A stretch of DNA of 64,000 bases. Source: a virus (taxonomy: Duplodnaviria; Caudoviricetes). Below the pieces are notes generated by a model. That model made no database searches and was not told the DNA's origin. It was given only the letters and a program-made list of their open reading frames with translations. Location: IMG/VR virus record IMGVR_UViG_2562617096_000005, one strand, 5' to 3'. Within the stretch, counting starts at the first letter, position 1. Each line of letters starts with the position of its first letter. The translations under genes were made by a program, and so were the position numbers. Below, piece after piece: positions 31,502-44,152 of this stretch.

Positions 31502-32159
31502 ATGGGATTAGATATGTATTTAAATAAAGCGAAAAGATTTAATGATGCAAATATTAAAGAAATTATTAGTATAAATTGTTATTTACAATGGAAAGAACAA
31601 GATAACGAATATTCGTTATTAGAATGGTGTGGTGTTAAAGAAGAAAAAAATAAATAAAGACTTGCTGCCTTTATATGAAAGTGAATTTAATACAAGGTAT
31701 TATTCATGGGATGATGAGAAAAAATATGGTAGAAAGAGTATTATATCTTATCTTGCAGACTGGAGGAAGGCAAATCAAATTCACAGATGGTTCGTTGAAA
31801 ATGTACAAGATGGAAATGACGATTGTGAAATTTATGAAGTGTCTAAAGAACAACTGGAAGAATTACTTACATTATGTAAGATTGTTTTGGAGAATTCAAA
31901 ATTGATTGATGCACAAGTTAAGAATGGTCAAACCTATGTTGATGGAGAATGGGTAGATAATTATGAAGATGGTCAAGTTATTGAAAATAATGTTATAGCA
32001 AGGAAATTATTACCTACAGCTTCTGGATTTTTCTTTGGAAGTACAGAGTATGACCAATGGTATTTAGAAGATATTAAACATACTATTGCTGTTCTTGAAG
32101 ACTGTTTAAGAGATACTGATTTTGAACACGAAGTTGTTATGTATAGCAGTAGTTGGTAA
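31502..32159 (+). CDS. MGLDMY-type conserved phage protein, frameshifted at the A7 run 31644-31650
   Basis: MGLDMYL start at 31502; WRKANQIHRWF...GFFFGSTEYD...YSSSW in a different frame. Confidence 0.75.
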
Positions 32160-32201
32160 TAAGTATTTGCATAGTTGGAGATTGCAAGAAAGGATAAATA
32201 T

Positions 32202-34171
32202 ATGAGTTTTAGTAGAGAAGAGACAATATGTGAATTAAATAAATTCTGGGAAACCGAAATTAAATACTGGGAACATAAACTAGGTGTTACTTCCGATGAA
32301 TCGAAAGAACCATACATTAAGTCACTGGAAGAAATGGGGAATATGGAATTAAAGTATTCCCCAATGTATCCTTTTCCAGAAGAAAAATACAGACTTGATG
32401 TAGAGGGTGTAAAAGATTTCTTTAGGTACAAGAAAATGAATATCTATGGAAAAGATTGGAAAACAAAAACAACTGGTGGACGTAATTGGAAATAAGGGGG
32501 AAGAGCTATGACATTATATGAATATTTATCATTAGTAGAGTATAATGATGAAATTACTGTATGGGATAAAGGGTATTATGTAGAAATGTATTTTTATGGC
32601 GGCATTGAAGAAAGAGATAAGTGGTGGGATAAATCAATAAGTGAATTATCTAAATTATTAACAATAACTACTATTCATCCTACAGGTGTAACAGTTAATT
32701 ATTCAGAGGTTATAGAAAAACATTTGGAAGACTTGAAAAGAGCGAACCTGTTTGATGTAACCGAAACTGATTATATCATGGATATTATAGAGTCAATTAT
32801 GTCAGGTAATGTTTCAGAAGAATGGATGAAAAAGTTTGTAAATATATTGAAAAGTAATTAATAGGAGATGATAAATAATGGATTATGAAATGATTTTAGA
32901 TGAAATTATTAGATTTGAGAATTTAACTTCACAGGAAATACAGGATGAGTTAGTACCTATCATTAAAAGCTACGATATAAATTTCTTATCCAAGCTCGTT
33001 AATGTATCTAAGGACAATATTCATAGAATATGCAAAAGTTTATTTGTAAATAAAAATCAAAGAGTTTCTTTTAAGCTCTATATTAAGCTCTTAGCTCTTG
33101 GTAAAGCAAAGCAAAGTAATTAGGAGGAAACAAAAATGGAAGAACTTAAAAAGCTAAATGGAAAGAAAGTATCTTTGAAAACACTAGAAGAAGTTGAATG
33201 TTCAATGCACGTTTTAAGTATGGAATGTTTAGGGACTTCCGGAATGTATATCGGATTTAATTGGTATTCAATCGGTTTGGATGATGGAACAGAAATTGAT
33301 GTTTATTGTAGATATTAAGGAGGGAAGAAAAATGTTGGAATTATTAAATGAATTTTATATTGGAAGCGAAAAATATTGTACTGTACAAATTGGGAAAAAA
33401 CAAGAATGTGTCAGTTGTTCCAGAAAAGGAATATAAACTAATTTGGGGAAAATATAATCCAAACAGATGGGGAAACAAGGAAATAGCGTAGTAAGAATTG
33501 TTCTAGTAGGAGAATAGAGATGAATAAAATGGAATTTAAAAAATCAAAGGAATATAAAGATATATTTAAAAAAATTAAAAACTATCATGAAGGCTTCAAA
33601 TTTACGTTGCCCTACTACAAAATGACACAAGGACAGAAAAATGCAATAAATATTATCACAAGCGATTGTATTAAGGAAAGAATAATTGACTCTGTATCTA
33701 TTGGGTTAAATTTATCAGGCGAAATTACAGAAGAAACATTTATTAGATTGTAAAAGTAAGGGGAAATAACCTATGAAAAAATACAAAATTGATGATTTAA
33801 CAATGGAAAATATTGCTACATACATGAATGATGAAGTGAGAGAAAAAGTACATTTAAAAGAAGCACCATGTTCAAATGAACATTTTCTTGTCGCATATTA
33901 TGAAGAACTTCAATCAGGAGAATTTGAGAAACAAAGTGAATTTTATGATTTGTTGCTAAATGAATTCAATATTGATATTGAAGAATTACAGAATATTGAA
34001 AGAGTGACTACCTACAATAACCACGAAATCTCTTTAGAGTGTTTGCGAGACTTAGAAAAAGAGTATGTTGTTAAAGCATGTATAAAGAACGGGTTTAGTG
34101 GCTGTAAGATAGGAAAGATATGGTATACGCTGTGTTTAATAAATGGTACTGATGTGGAAGTATATGTGTAA
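32202..34171 (+). CDS. Run of small hypothetical ORFs (32202-32495, 32508-32861, 32878-33123, 33136-33318, 33520-33753, 33773-34171)
   Basis: Co-directional, with RBSs; 33136-33318 resembles the C-terminus of 33773-34171 (WY...DGT.I/VxVY). Confidence 0.55.
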
Positions 34172-34196
34172 TGTTAGGGAAAGGACAGGTAATATT

Positions 34197-34856
34197 ATGA
34201 ATTTAAATATCAGTAAAGAAAATGTAAAAATTGAAGGAAATACCATTGTAATTAAGATTACGGATGAATTAAAGGAAAGCTTAAAAGGGATTTTAAATAC
34301 CTCTGAAAAGCTTTTAAAAGATTGTAAAATCGGTGAAGTTGTCACTGACAATATTGGAGTCAAATGGATTGTAATAAGGCATGATGAGGATGAAACAACA
34401 AAGCTGTGGAGAAAAGAGTTGTTACCAGAAACTCGCAGGTTTGATAAGGAAAGTAATAATTTTTATGGGAGTGAAATTCAGAAATTTTTAAACGCCGAAT
34501 ATATTAAATATGTAGAAGAAGGTTTCGGAAAAGAAAATCTTTGTATACAGGAGGTTGATTTAACATCTCTTGATGGACTTACAACATACGGAGTTTGTAA
34601 ATGTCCGATAAGATTAGGTGGAATTGACGATTATAGAGCTGCAAGAAGGCAAGGATTATATAGAGAGAAAAACAACAACCCATTTTGGCTTGATACACCA
34701 GATAGTACAAATGAAGGTCATAATGCTTCCAATGTTCAGTTTGTCTGCTGCAATGGTTGCGTGGGCTGCGGCGGTTGCGGCTGGGCTGACTTCTCTGTTC
34801 GCCCGTTTATCTCTTTGAAATCTGATATCTTTGTATCTGTAGAAAACGAGAACTAG
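34197..34856 (+). CDS. DUF6273-like / C-type-lectin-fold protein with a DGR-like variable region
   Basis: S.IQKFLN, DLTSLDG, FWLDTP, C-terminal V..V..NG........VRP. Confidence 0.75.
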   Translation: MNLNISKENVKIEGNTIVIKITDELKESLKGILNTSEKLLKDCKIGEVVTDNIGVKWIVIRHDEDETTKLWRKELLPETRRFDKESNNFYGSEIQKFLNAEYIKYVEEGFGKENLCIQEVDLTSLDGLTTYGVCKCPIRLGGIDDYRAARRQGLYREKNNNPFWLDTPDSTNEGHNASNVQFVCCNGCVGCGGCGWADFSVRPFISLKSDIFVSVENEN

Positions 34857-34887
34857 TCCAATAAACAGGACTAGCACAAGCTAGTCC

Positions 34888-37126
34888 GTGAAGTATAGGA
34901 GAAAGAAAATGGATGGTTTTTATATTGTAAACACAGAAAAGTTTTTTAATACAATTACAAAAGATTTGAAAAGTTCAGGATATGAATGGATTGGGGTTAA
35001 TAAAAATCCTACGTTTTTAGAATGTAAAAAGCAGATTCATGGTAATGCAAAACTTATTATTCATGCTTTTTATAATGATATTACTGGAAAAAATGAAATT
35101 CAATTTGGAACAAAAAGAATATATAGATCATATCAACAATTTAAGAGAATAAAATACATAAATGACTTAACTGAAATAAGGAATAATGCAAAAAGTGTTG
35201 CGAAAAGAGATGGATATAATCAAGTAATAATTGAAGATAAAGATGGTTATTACTCGTTTAGTAGAAAATATGACGGATGTTGTCCATTGTGGTATGGGAG
35301 AATTATAGAAGAAATAACGATATAAAAAGATAATTTCAAACGGAGGAAATAATTATGGAAATTAAAAATTTATCACAGCTGAAAAAAGCAATCAAAGAAG
35401 GTCATAAATTTATTATCAGAAAACATTATATTAAACCAGAATATGAAGGGCAGATTAGAAAACCTAACTGGGTACTAACAAACGGATTCTATAGTATTGA
35501 AAATGAAAAACCTGACAGTGAAGTGACATTAGCAAATAATGGAAAAGGAAGTTGGATTGAGTATGGAAAAGCTTCAGATTGGGAGTTTGAAAATGGTGTT
35601 TGTAAACAATCTTTTCGTGGTAATAATGTGTGGGAAATTGAAATCATTTAATAATGAAAGAACGCTTTTATAAGGTGAGAGTGAATATGAATACAAGTGC
35701 AAGAAAGAGCCCAAAAACAGATAAGATGCTGCTAAGAAATAATGAACGCAAAATGGCTGGATTACCATTACATAGAAAGAAATGCAAAGGTCGTAGATGC
35801 TTGACAAGATGTGAAGCAGAGGAAAGTATAGAAGCATTTTTAGACTACTGTAACAGAGATTAAATTATGATTTTTAGGAGGAATACTATGAACTCAGATG
35901 ATAGATTTGAAATTTTAAATGAAATTGATAGTTGGGAAAAGGAATTAAAAAAATTGAAAAACTCAGATGAAGACGAGGCAGAACAGATTAGAGAAATTGA
36001 AGAAAGGATTTCTGATTTATATGAAGCTTTAGCAGATTGTGAGTAAGGGAGTGTCGAGGATGAAAGAATATATTGTTGTAATTACATATAATTTTGATAC
36101 AGATTTTGTTGCAATAAAATGTAAGACATACGAAGAAGCAGTTGAAAAGTTAAATGAACTGTTGAATGAAGAAATCGAAACAGTTAAAAGAGAAAATGAA
36201 TATGCACCTTCTGTTCTTAGATTTGCAGATGATGATGTAACCCTTGTTTATGGAAGCGGATATACTCTTGATTTGAAAAATGTATCTACAAGAGAATATT
36301 TGCTACAAGACTGTGCTTTTTATAAAATTATTGAAGTATAGAAAGAAGAGAGAACATGATGAAGGAATTAAAACAAAAATACATAGATATTTTAGAAGAA
36401 AATGATTGGAGTGTTTCTTCTTATACAGATGATGGTAGAGTTGAGCTTCAAAAGTATTCACCAGCAGGAGAAGATTTTTCTATCATTGTAGAAGTAGAAG
36501 ATTTTACAGAATCGGTAAGAAAGTACGCAAATGATTTTGATGCGGATGAACACGCAGAAATGTGGATTGAGGCAAGAGGTGAGGTAAACGGAGTGCCTGA
36601 AAGCATTAGAGAACTTATTGAGGACGCAGAAGCTATTCAAGAAATGCTTGATGGTTTGGCTGATGCGTTGGAAGCGGTATGAAGGAAAACAATTAGAAGA
36701 GTTAAAATTTTATAACGAAAGGTGTTCTATATGATAGAAGTTAAAAATGGTTTTGAGTGTACTGACGATGATTGTATGCAATGTCGTAAATATATAGGAG
36801 ATAGAAAGTATATGTTCATTCAGGCACTTTGGTTAGATGCAATAGATGATGAAGGTATATATAGTGTAGTTGCAGGTACTATAGACGTATCTAAGATGAC
36901 AACAGAGGATATTGAATGTGCCATCTATGGATATTATGATAGTATTAAAAACATGGAACAGAAATATGAAGCAGCATTAGAGGATTTAGACTGGCTTGTT
37001 GCGGAATGTGAGTTTGAAAGTAAGATTACTTGGGAATATGGAAGCAGGGTTGTCACTGAGAAAAGGGCAGAGGAAATTATTCAGAAATTCATTGATAGTG
37101 ATGGAGAGGTGTTTTTGAATGAATAA
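34888..37126 (+). CDS. Run of hypothetical ORFs (34909-35325, 35355-35651, 35654-35863, 36060-36341, 36356-36682, 36731-37126)
   Basis: Co-directional ORFs; 36356-36682 has the YSPAGEDF motif. Confidence 0.55.
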
Positions 37127-37199
37127 AATATTGTGTAAAAATTGTGTACAAATCATATTGACGTTACACAATAAATGTGTATAATATAATTGTAAGGAG

Positions 37200-37385
37200 G
37201 TGCAATTATATTTGAAGCAACGTGAGTTGATAAAGAGATTAGAAGATGGTGGGTTTGTTTTTGAAAGACATGGTGGAAATCACGATATATACAAACGAGG
37301 CAATGATGAAGAGAAGATACCACGTCATCGAGAAGTCAATGAACGGTTGGCAAAAGCAATATTAAGAAAATGGGGATTATTATAA
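37200..37385 (+). CDS. hicA: HicA toxin
   Basis: L...GF...RHGGNHDIY...IPRHRE; upstream TTGACG/TATAAT promoter. Confidence 0.9.
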   Translation: MQLYLKQRELIKRLEDGGFVFERHGGNHDIYKRGNDEEKIPRHREVNERLAKAILRKWGLL

Positions 37386-37421
37386 TCCCCTACCCATCTT
37401 TATATATAAGGAGGCAATAAA

Positions 37422-37862
37422 ATGAAAGTAGCATATCCAGTAATATTTACAGATGTTGATACGAATATTTTAATTGAAGTGCCAGATTTGGAAATATTAA
37501 CGGAAGCAAATGAGGAAGGAAAACCAAAAGGTACACTGGCAGATGCAATTATGATGGCAAGAGATGCCATTGGAATTGCTTGTATTGAAAAGGAAGATAA
37601 AGGAGATGAGATAAAAGAACCTTCTTTGCTAGAAAATATTGACATTACACAGTCTACTTTTGCAGGAGAAGGAAAGAATATAATTTCAATAGTTGATGTG
37701 GATTTAGTAGAATATAGAAGAAAGATTGACACAAAAGTTGTAAGAAAAAATGTTTCATTACCTAGTTGGTTGAATTATGAAGCAGATAAAGCAGGAATTA
37801 ATGTGTCAAGAGTATTACAAGAAGCACTTATTAGTGTTTTAGGTGTTTCACGTAGAGTATAA
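37422..37862 (+). CDS. hicB: HicB antitoxin
   Basis: YPVIF...VPDL...MARDAI; C-terminal VRKNVSLPSWLN...INVSRVLQEAL RHH. Confidence 0.92.
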   Translation: MKVAYPVIFTDVDTNILIEVPDLEILTEANEEGKPKGTLADAIMMARDAIGIACIEKEDKGDEIKEPSLLENIDITQSTFAGEGKNIISIVDVDLVEYRRKIDTKVVRKNVSLPSWLNYEADKAGINVSRVLQEALISVLGVSRRV

Positions 37863-37958
37863 AACAAAATAGAAAACATACGAAAAGCATTCAGAGAATA
37901 TATATCTGAGTGCTTTTTTGATATTAAAAAAATAAAATTATAGAAGAAAGGCGTTGTT

Positions 37959-40900
37959 ATGGCAGTGAAAGAAAAAATTGAAATAGCTAAAAATACAAAT
38001 GAGCTATTAGACCACTTAATAAAAATTGTAGAAAATAATAGTGAAAGGTTTTCTTTTGAGTGGGTTACAGGTGGCGAAGCTGCAAAAATGGAAATTTACG
38101 ATAAGGAAAAGAAAATAGGGTATGTAGTTAAACTTGAACCTATTGAGTATAATGAAAGTCACATTTCATAGAAAGGGAATTTATTATGAAAAATGTTAAA
38201 CGGTGGTTTGAGAATGATAATGAGGCTTATGAAATATCAGAAGGAAATGGGTTTTTAGATGCTAGAACAGATATAGTGCATTATTTGATTGTAGAGCCGC
38301 ATAGTGGAACAAATAATAGATGGATGCTTAGAATTACGACAAGAGTAGCTTTTGATAGATGGGCTAATTCAACAGGGTTTGAAAAATTTTTTACAACAGA
38401 AATAGAACTGTGTGAATTTTTGCAGGCAGCGCAACTTGATATTTACAAGGAATTATTAAGATATCTTTCTAAGGAATACGAAGAATTAGAAGAAGCGTTT
38501 AATATAGAGTGTAATTAGGAGGAAACAAACCATGAAACCAGACGGAAAATGTATATGGATATATTACAGAGGAAAATGTGAATACAGCGATTGTAGGAAA
38601 TGTCTTCATTATAGACCAGATTATAAAGGAGAGGAATAATAGTTATGAATAAGAATATTTTTTTAATTGACAAGGATACAAAAGAAAATTTAGGTAATAT
38701 TGATTTTATTCCTAAAAGAGAAGATAGAATGATTATTACAAGAAGCTGGAAAAGATTAGAATACAAAGTGAAATGCATTGTTCATTGTCCTGATGAAAAT
38801 GGTGTTATAGTATTTGTAGAATTGTCAGACAACTATTATGATAAAATAATTGAAAATATTAAATGGAAATAATCTGGCAAGAAACATAGGGACATGGTAT
38901 ACTATATATTACAGGAGACGAAAAGGATTATCTTGTGTTCCTATTACATACACTTGTCCGGTATGCAGAAAAGAGTTTCAAAGTTTAAGAGAAAAATACT
39001 GCCCAGATGAGTGCAGAAAGGTGGCAAGAAAAGAAATTCTACATGAAAATAATAAATGGTATTATGAGAATAGGAAGAAAGGCTGGAATTGATCCAGCAT
39101 AAATAGCAGAATACTTGGATGCAATACGTATTTCTGCAATGTTACATTGCAAAGATATTTATCCAGATGAAGCAAAAGTTGATGCTGTAAATTTTATAGG
39201 GAGGCAAGCAATGGCAAAGCATAATGAAACAAAAAAAGCATTAATGGAAATTTTTAAAGAACGAGAAGAAAAATGGTATTCAATAAGCGAATTAGAGGAA
39301 ATATGCAAAGAAGATTATGGGCTTAATTTTGATGATAAAAAAGAGAAAAACAACTTATATAATCAGTTATATAGGTTTAAACAAGATGGGATAGTCATAT
39401 GTAATAGAAGCCTTTATCGAATAAATGACAGAAAAATTGACAATGCACTACAAATTATAGAAGATAAAATTGAAAGTTATAAGAATTTCAAATGGTATAG
39501 TTGTTCAGATGAAGAGTTGGAAGAAGCTAGAAATACCTTGCAACGAATAACGGACTTATCCAGTAAAGTACAAAATTTAATAAACCAGATGAATGATGAT
39601 ACGATAAAAGTGACAGAAGATATTAAAGCAATGTGAATATGCTGAAGAAATATAGGTTTATTAGGATACAAAATTATTTCAAGGGAAATTATTGTAATAG
39701 ACAATGAAACAAGCAATGAGCTTGCGTTGTTAGAATATTTACCTAAGAAGGATGAACGTATTATATTGGGAAGAATGGAAGTGAAAGAAAAATCATTAAA
39801 TTGGATATTTTAATATAGTAATATTGTAGATATCAGGTTAAACTAACTACTGTTTATAAGGAGGCTTAAAAAAGTGAGATGGAAATGCCCTGTTTGTGGT
39901 AAAGAGTTTGAGAATTTTGGATTTAAAGAATTTTCACAGTGTCCTAAAACAACATTGTTTGGAAATTTTAAGAAAAAAACAGTGGATGGAGAATTTCAAA
40001 TAGTTAATAGATTGATAAATAAACCAGTGTGTTCTGAAGAATGTAAGAAAAGAAACGAGGATAAATATTTTGTAGAGGAATACAAGGGAAATAAAATCTA
40101 TTGTGTATATGGTGTATATTTACCATATCTTGAATGTGGCGATTGGTACAATAGTATCGAAGATATAAAAGAAAAAATTGATAATGCACGTATGAAAGAA
40201 TAGGAGTGTGCAATTATGAGGAATATATTTCATCGGCATAGATACAAAATTATTGGCACAGGTGATAGATTAAGTCTATTCACAAATGAAAAAGATGGTC
40301 TGGAAGTAGACATTATGTGCAAATGCGGAAAATGCGGTACAGTAATTGTTCCAGAGTCTCTTAGGGACAAGGTGCTTATACAAGCTGCTAAAGGGAAATA
40401 TTTTAATGCTCCGTACATTGTTAGTGCAGATCGGTTAATGTAAAAGATGATAAAATAAAACGAAACAGAAAGGTGATACTTAGGTATCATCTTTTTTTAT
40501 TACAAATGAAAAAGGGGTTTTAAATATGTGTAAAGAAGCAAAATATAAATTACAGGTTGGACTATGGTGGGGCGTTGACGGTCATGATATTAAAGTTATA
40601 TCCATTAACGGAAAAGAAGCGAGAGTCAGAGAAAAATGGATTTCAGAAGATACGTTGGAAGTTGTTATTCAAACAGAAGTTTACGACATTGTTGTTATAG
40701 ACGACTGTGAATATATACAAAGTAGGGATTATCCTAAGTTTAGATTGTGTGCTAATGCTGCATTTAATTATCCATTTGAAGAGGATACCTATATAACAAC
40801 TTCTGATTCTGGTTATAATTGTCAAAAAGGTGAAAAGAATGAATAATGTAATCTTTGATCCAGATGAATATATAAAGAGTGGAGGTGTTATAGAAGATGT

Positions 40901-41105
40901 AGAATTTTTAGAAATAAGAGAGAATATGAGGAAACATAAGAAAATTGATTTGCGAGAGCAAAAACGCTATGGAATAATGCTTTTGTTCATTTCTTATGGT
41001 ATAATGAAGTTAAGTAAAATAATACCTGAATTATTATTTTGGGTATTTATTTTAGGTACATTAGGTATTACCGCTATTTTAAGTAAAGAAAAAATTATAT
41101 TTTAA
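37959..41105 (+). CDS. Run of small hypothetical ORFs (37959-38171, 38186-38518, 38645-38872, 39210-39636, 39874-40203, 40216-40443, 40526-40846, 40839-41105)
   Basis: Co-directional ORFs, some with CxxC motifs. Confidence 0.5.
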
Positions 41106-41222
41106 AGGAGGAGAAAGTTATGTCATTTTATCCGGTAGTTTTAGGCTTACCTTATGAGTTAGGTTTTTTGACTCCATTTATATTGGTGATTTATTTAATT
41201 TATAAGTGTACTAAGAAATAGA

Positions 41223-41347
41223 GATAAGGGAAAATAAGACCTTAAATAAGAAAAATAAGGATTTTAAATAAGCTAATTAGCATTTCTTAAATAAGCTAAT
41301 TAGCTTATTTTTATTTTGCTCAAATAAGAGAAATAAGAAAAATAAGG
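41223..41347. repeat. AAATAAG iteron-like cluster with a 22-bp palindrome
   Basis: About ten ATAAG cores; AAATAAGCTAATTAGCTTATTT at 41289-41310. Confidence 0.7.
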
Positions 41348-41358
41348 AGATAAAGATA

Positions 41359-42294
41359 ATGGCAGCAAAAAGGATGTTCAATATTAAATTGATAAAATCT
41401 GATGCGTTTACATCTATGCCATTAAGCACTCAAGCTTTATATTTTCATTTGAATTTAGAAGCTGATGATGATGGATTTATTGGTAATCCAAAAGGAGTAC
41501 AGAGATTTGTAGGTGCTTCGGATGATGACCTGAATTTGCTTATATATAAAGGGTTTTTGATTAAATTTGACTCTGGTGTTGTGGTCGTAAAACATTGGAG
41601 AATGCACAATACATTGAAAGGTGATAGATATGTAGAGACGGCTTATCAGGAAGAAGGAAGTATGCTGTATTTGAAAAAGAATGGAGCATATACTTTTGAT
41701 GCAGAGCAAGCTGTTACTAGATTAGAAAATAAGTGGAACCAAAATGTTTCCAAAATGTTTCCACAGTCGAGTACAGTACAGTGTAGTGTAGTAGAGAGTA
41801 GTAAAGAGTTGTTGTTACCAAATAAGGAAAATAAGGGTGAGGCTTTGCCTCCACCTATAGCAACAGCAACAATAGAAACTGTTAAACAACAGCATACATA
41901 TATACCTCCATCTGGAATATACGTTGAGATACAAAATTTATATAACAATATTTGTATAAAACTTCAGCCAGTAGAGAGGATGACAAACAAGAGAAAGCGT
42001 TTTATCAATACATTGTTAGATAATGGGTTTATAATATCAGATTTTGAAAAAGCTTTCCGTAGAGTTGATGAGTCTGAATATTTTAACAGTCTGAAAGACG
42101 GTCAATGGAAACCAACGTTTGACTGGATCATTCAGGAAGATAACATGAGTGCGGTACTGGAAGGGAAATACGACAAAAGCTTTGATTTTAAAGGGGGAAA
42201 TGCTGAAAAGAAGAACAAATTTAACAACTTCAAAGGGAGAGGATATTCTTCTGACGAAATGCAGAACTTAGAGAGGAAGTTATTAAGTCAGTAA
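41359..42294 (+). CDS. Phage replication initiator / replisome organizer
   Basis: KRMF...SDAF.SMPLSTQALYFHL..EADDDGF; C-terminal W.PTFDW...VLEGKYD; NKFNNF. Confidence 0.88.
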   Translation: MAAKRMFNIKLIKSDAFTSMPLSTQALYFHLNLEADDDGFIGNPKGVQRFVGASDDDLNLLIYKGFLIKFDSGVVVVKHWRMHNTLKGDRYVETAYQEEGSMLYLKKNGAYTFDAEQAVTRLENKWNQNVSKMFPQSSTVQCSVVESSKELLLPNKENKGEALPPPIATATIETVKQQHTYIPPSGIYVEIQNLYNNICIKLQPVERMTNKRKRFINTLLDNGFIISDFEKAFRRVDESEYFNSLKDGQWKPTFDWIIQEDNMSAVLEGKYDKSFDFKGGNAEKKNKFNNFKGRGYSSDEMQNLERKLLSQ

Positions 42295-42341
42295 AAAGCG
42301 TTCCTATGTGAGCGTTTAAATAAAAACATTAAAAAGGAGAA

Positions 42342-43007
42342 ATGAACATGAGTGAATTAAAAATTTTTGAAAACAAAGAATTTGGACAAGTGAGAATAGT
42401 GATGATTGATGGAGAACCTTGGTTTGTTGGAAAGGATGTAGCAAGAGCACTTGGATATGGTGAAGGAAAATCCCTTAACAATGCGATTGCGAATCATGTA
42501 GATGATGAAGATAAAGGTGTCACTGAAATGATGACTCCCGGTGGAAAACAAAATATGACTATTATTAACGAGTCAGGTCTATATGCTCTTATCTTCGGCA
42601 GCAAGCTAAAATCTGCTAAAGAGTTTAAACACTGGGTAACGAGCGAGGTACTTCCATCAGTCCACAAAACAGGAAAATACGAAGCTAATAAAAATAACAC
42701 TATTATTCCAACTGTAGTCGGTAGTGTAACCCAAATTCCTCCTCTTGGTAACTGGTACGATAAAATGAAACTTCGTATTGATGCTTTATGTGAGATATAT
42801 GATACAAGCAGAAAACAGTTATATCACTTAATCCTTACTCAAGTACAAGGAAAATACAGTTGGGATTATGCAGTGATGGCATATATCAATGAGACTGGTT
42901 CTGCTCCGAGATATCCTATGGATGTTGTCGCTCATTTCCAGCAGCTTCAAACAGAAGCAGAGAATATAATTAATATTCTTTTAGAACATGCAGGATACAA
43001 TATTTAA
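42342..43007 (+). CDS. BRO-N family antirepressor-like protein
   Basis: FENKEFGQVR..EPWFVGKDVA..INESGLY..FKHWVTSEVLPS. Confidence 0.92.
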   Translation: MNMSELKIFENKEFGQVRIVMIDGEPWFVGKDVARALGYGEGKSLNNAIANHVDDEDKGVTEMMTPGGKQNMTIINESGLYALIFGSKLKSAKEFKHWVTSEVLPSVHKTGKYEANKNNTIIPTVVGSVTQIPPLGNWYDKMKLRIDALCEIYDTSRKQLYHLILTQVQGKYSWDYAVMAYINETGSAPRYPMDVVAHFQQLQTEAENIINILLEHAGYNI

Positions 43008-43072
43008 ATTTAATACTTACAGTGGAACAAAGAGTGAAAATACATAGTAAATAGAATTTAGGAGGATATATT

Positions 43073-44125
43073 ATGAGTTTAAGAAAAGCAAATATTACAT
43101 GGAACAGTAAACAAATATCAAAGATGATTGATAATGAAAAAGTTACTTTTGACAATGTTGTGCAAAGAGGAGATGTATGGGAAACAGCAAGGAGGTCTTA
43201 TCTTATCGACTCTATGATTACGGGATATCCTGTACCTCCAATTTACGCCAAGAGAGGAGATGAAAAAATCTATGATATTCTGGAAGGACAACAAAGATTA
43301 TTGACTATCAATAAGCTTCTTCATGATGAATTTGCTCTTACTGGATTAAATGATATTGTTATCATTGATGAAGTAACAGGAGAAATGAAAACTTATCAAT
43401 TGAATGGTCTTCGATTTTCAGAATTGCCTGAAGAAATTCAAGAGATAATAAATACATTTAACTTTACAATTTATTATTTCGATGATATTACGCCGGAAGA
43501 AGTGAGAGAAATGTTCAAGCGTTTAAATAACGGAAAACCATTGTCAACTAAAGAAAGAAATATTGCTAATTGTGAAGATATTGAGAATATTATGGAAATT
43601 GGTGAACACGAAATTTTTCATGAAATGATGAATAAGAAAGCTTATCATGCAAAGAAGTATGTTCCAATTATCGTGAAAATGTATTTAATGATTTACGAGC
43701 CATTAGATGAAGTTTCTTTTGAAGGAAAACATTTTAATCCAGTAATTGAAAAGCTTAGAATTACTGAGGAAGAGAAAAAGAAATTGATAGATGTATTTGA
43801 TTTAATAGAATATGTACACGATTCTATTGCCAGTGATACGGATAAGGCTAGTGCAAAGATTGCTAAGAAGATATATAAAGAAACACATTTAGTATCACTT
43901 ATACCATTTGTGAAAAAGGCAGTAGAAGAAAATCTAAATGCAGACATATTTACGGATTGGATAATGAAGTTCTTTTCTTCAACTGACGGAGCTAGTATTT
44001 CAGATGAATATAATCTTGCATCTCAAGCTGGTTCGGCAAAAAATGAAAATATCCAGAAAAGACATAGAGCTTTAGAGAAAAACTTTGAAGAGTTTTTCGA
44101 CAAAATTGAAAACATTGAAATGTAA
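43073..44125 (+). CDS. DUF262 (ParB/GmrS-like) domain protein
   Basis: QRGDVW, LIDSM, EGQQRL, FKRLNNG. Confidence 0.85.
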   Translation: MSLRKANITWNSKQISKMIDNEKVTFDNVVQRGDVWETARRSYLIDSMITGYPVPPIYAKRGDEKIYDILEGQQRLLTINKLLHDEFALTGLNDIVIIDEVTGEMKTYQLNGLRFSELPEEIQEIINTFNFTIYYFDDITPEEVREMFKRLNNGKPLSTKERNIANCEDIENIMEIGEHEIFHEMMNKKAYHAKKYVPIIVKMYLMIYEPLDEVSFEGKHFNPVIEKLRITEEEKKKLIDVFDLIEYVHDSIASDTDKASAKIAKKIYKETHLVSLIPFVKKAVEENLNADIFTDWIMKFFSSTDGASISDEYNLASQAGSAKNENIQKRHRALEKNFEEFFDKIENIEM

Positions 44126-44152
44126 TTAACGCAGCTTAGGCTGCTATTTTTT

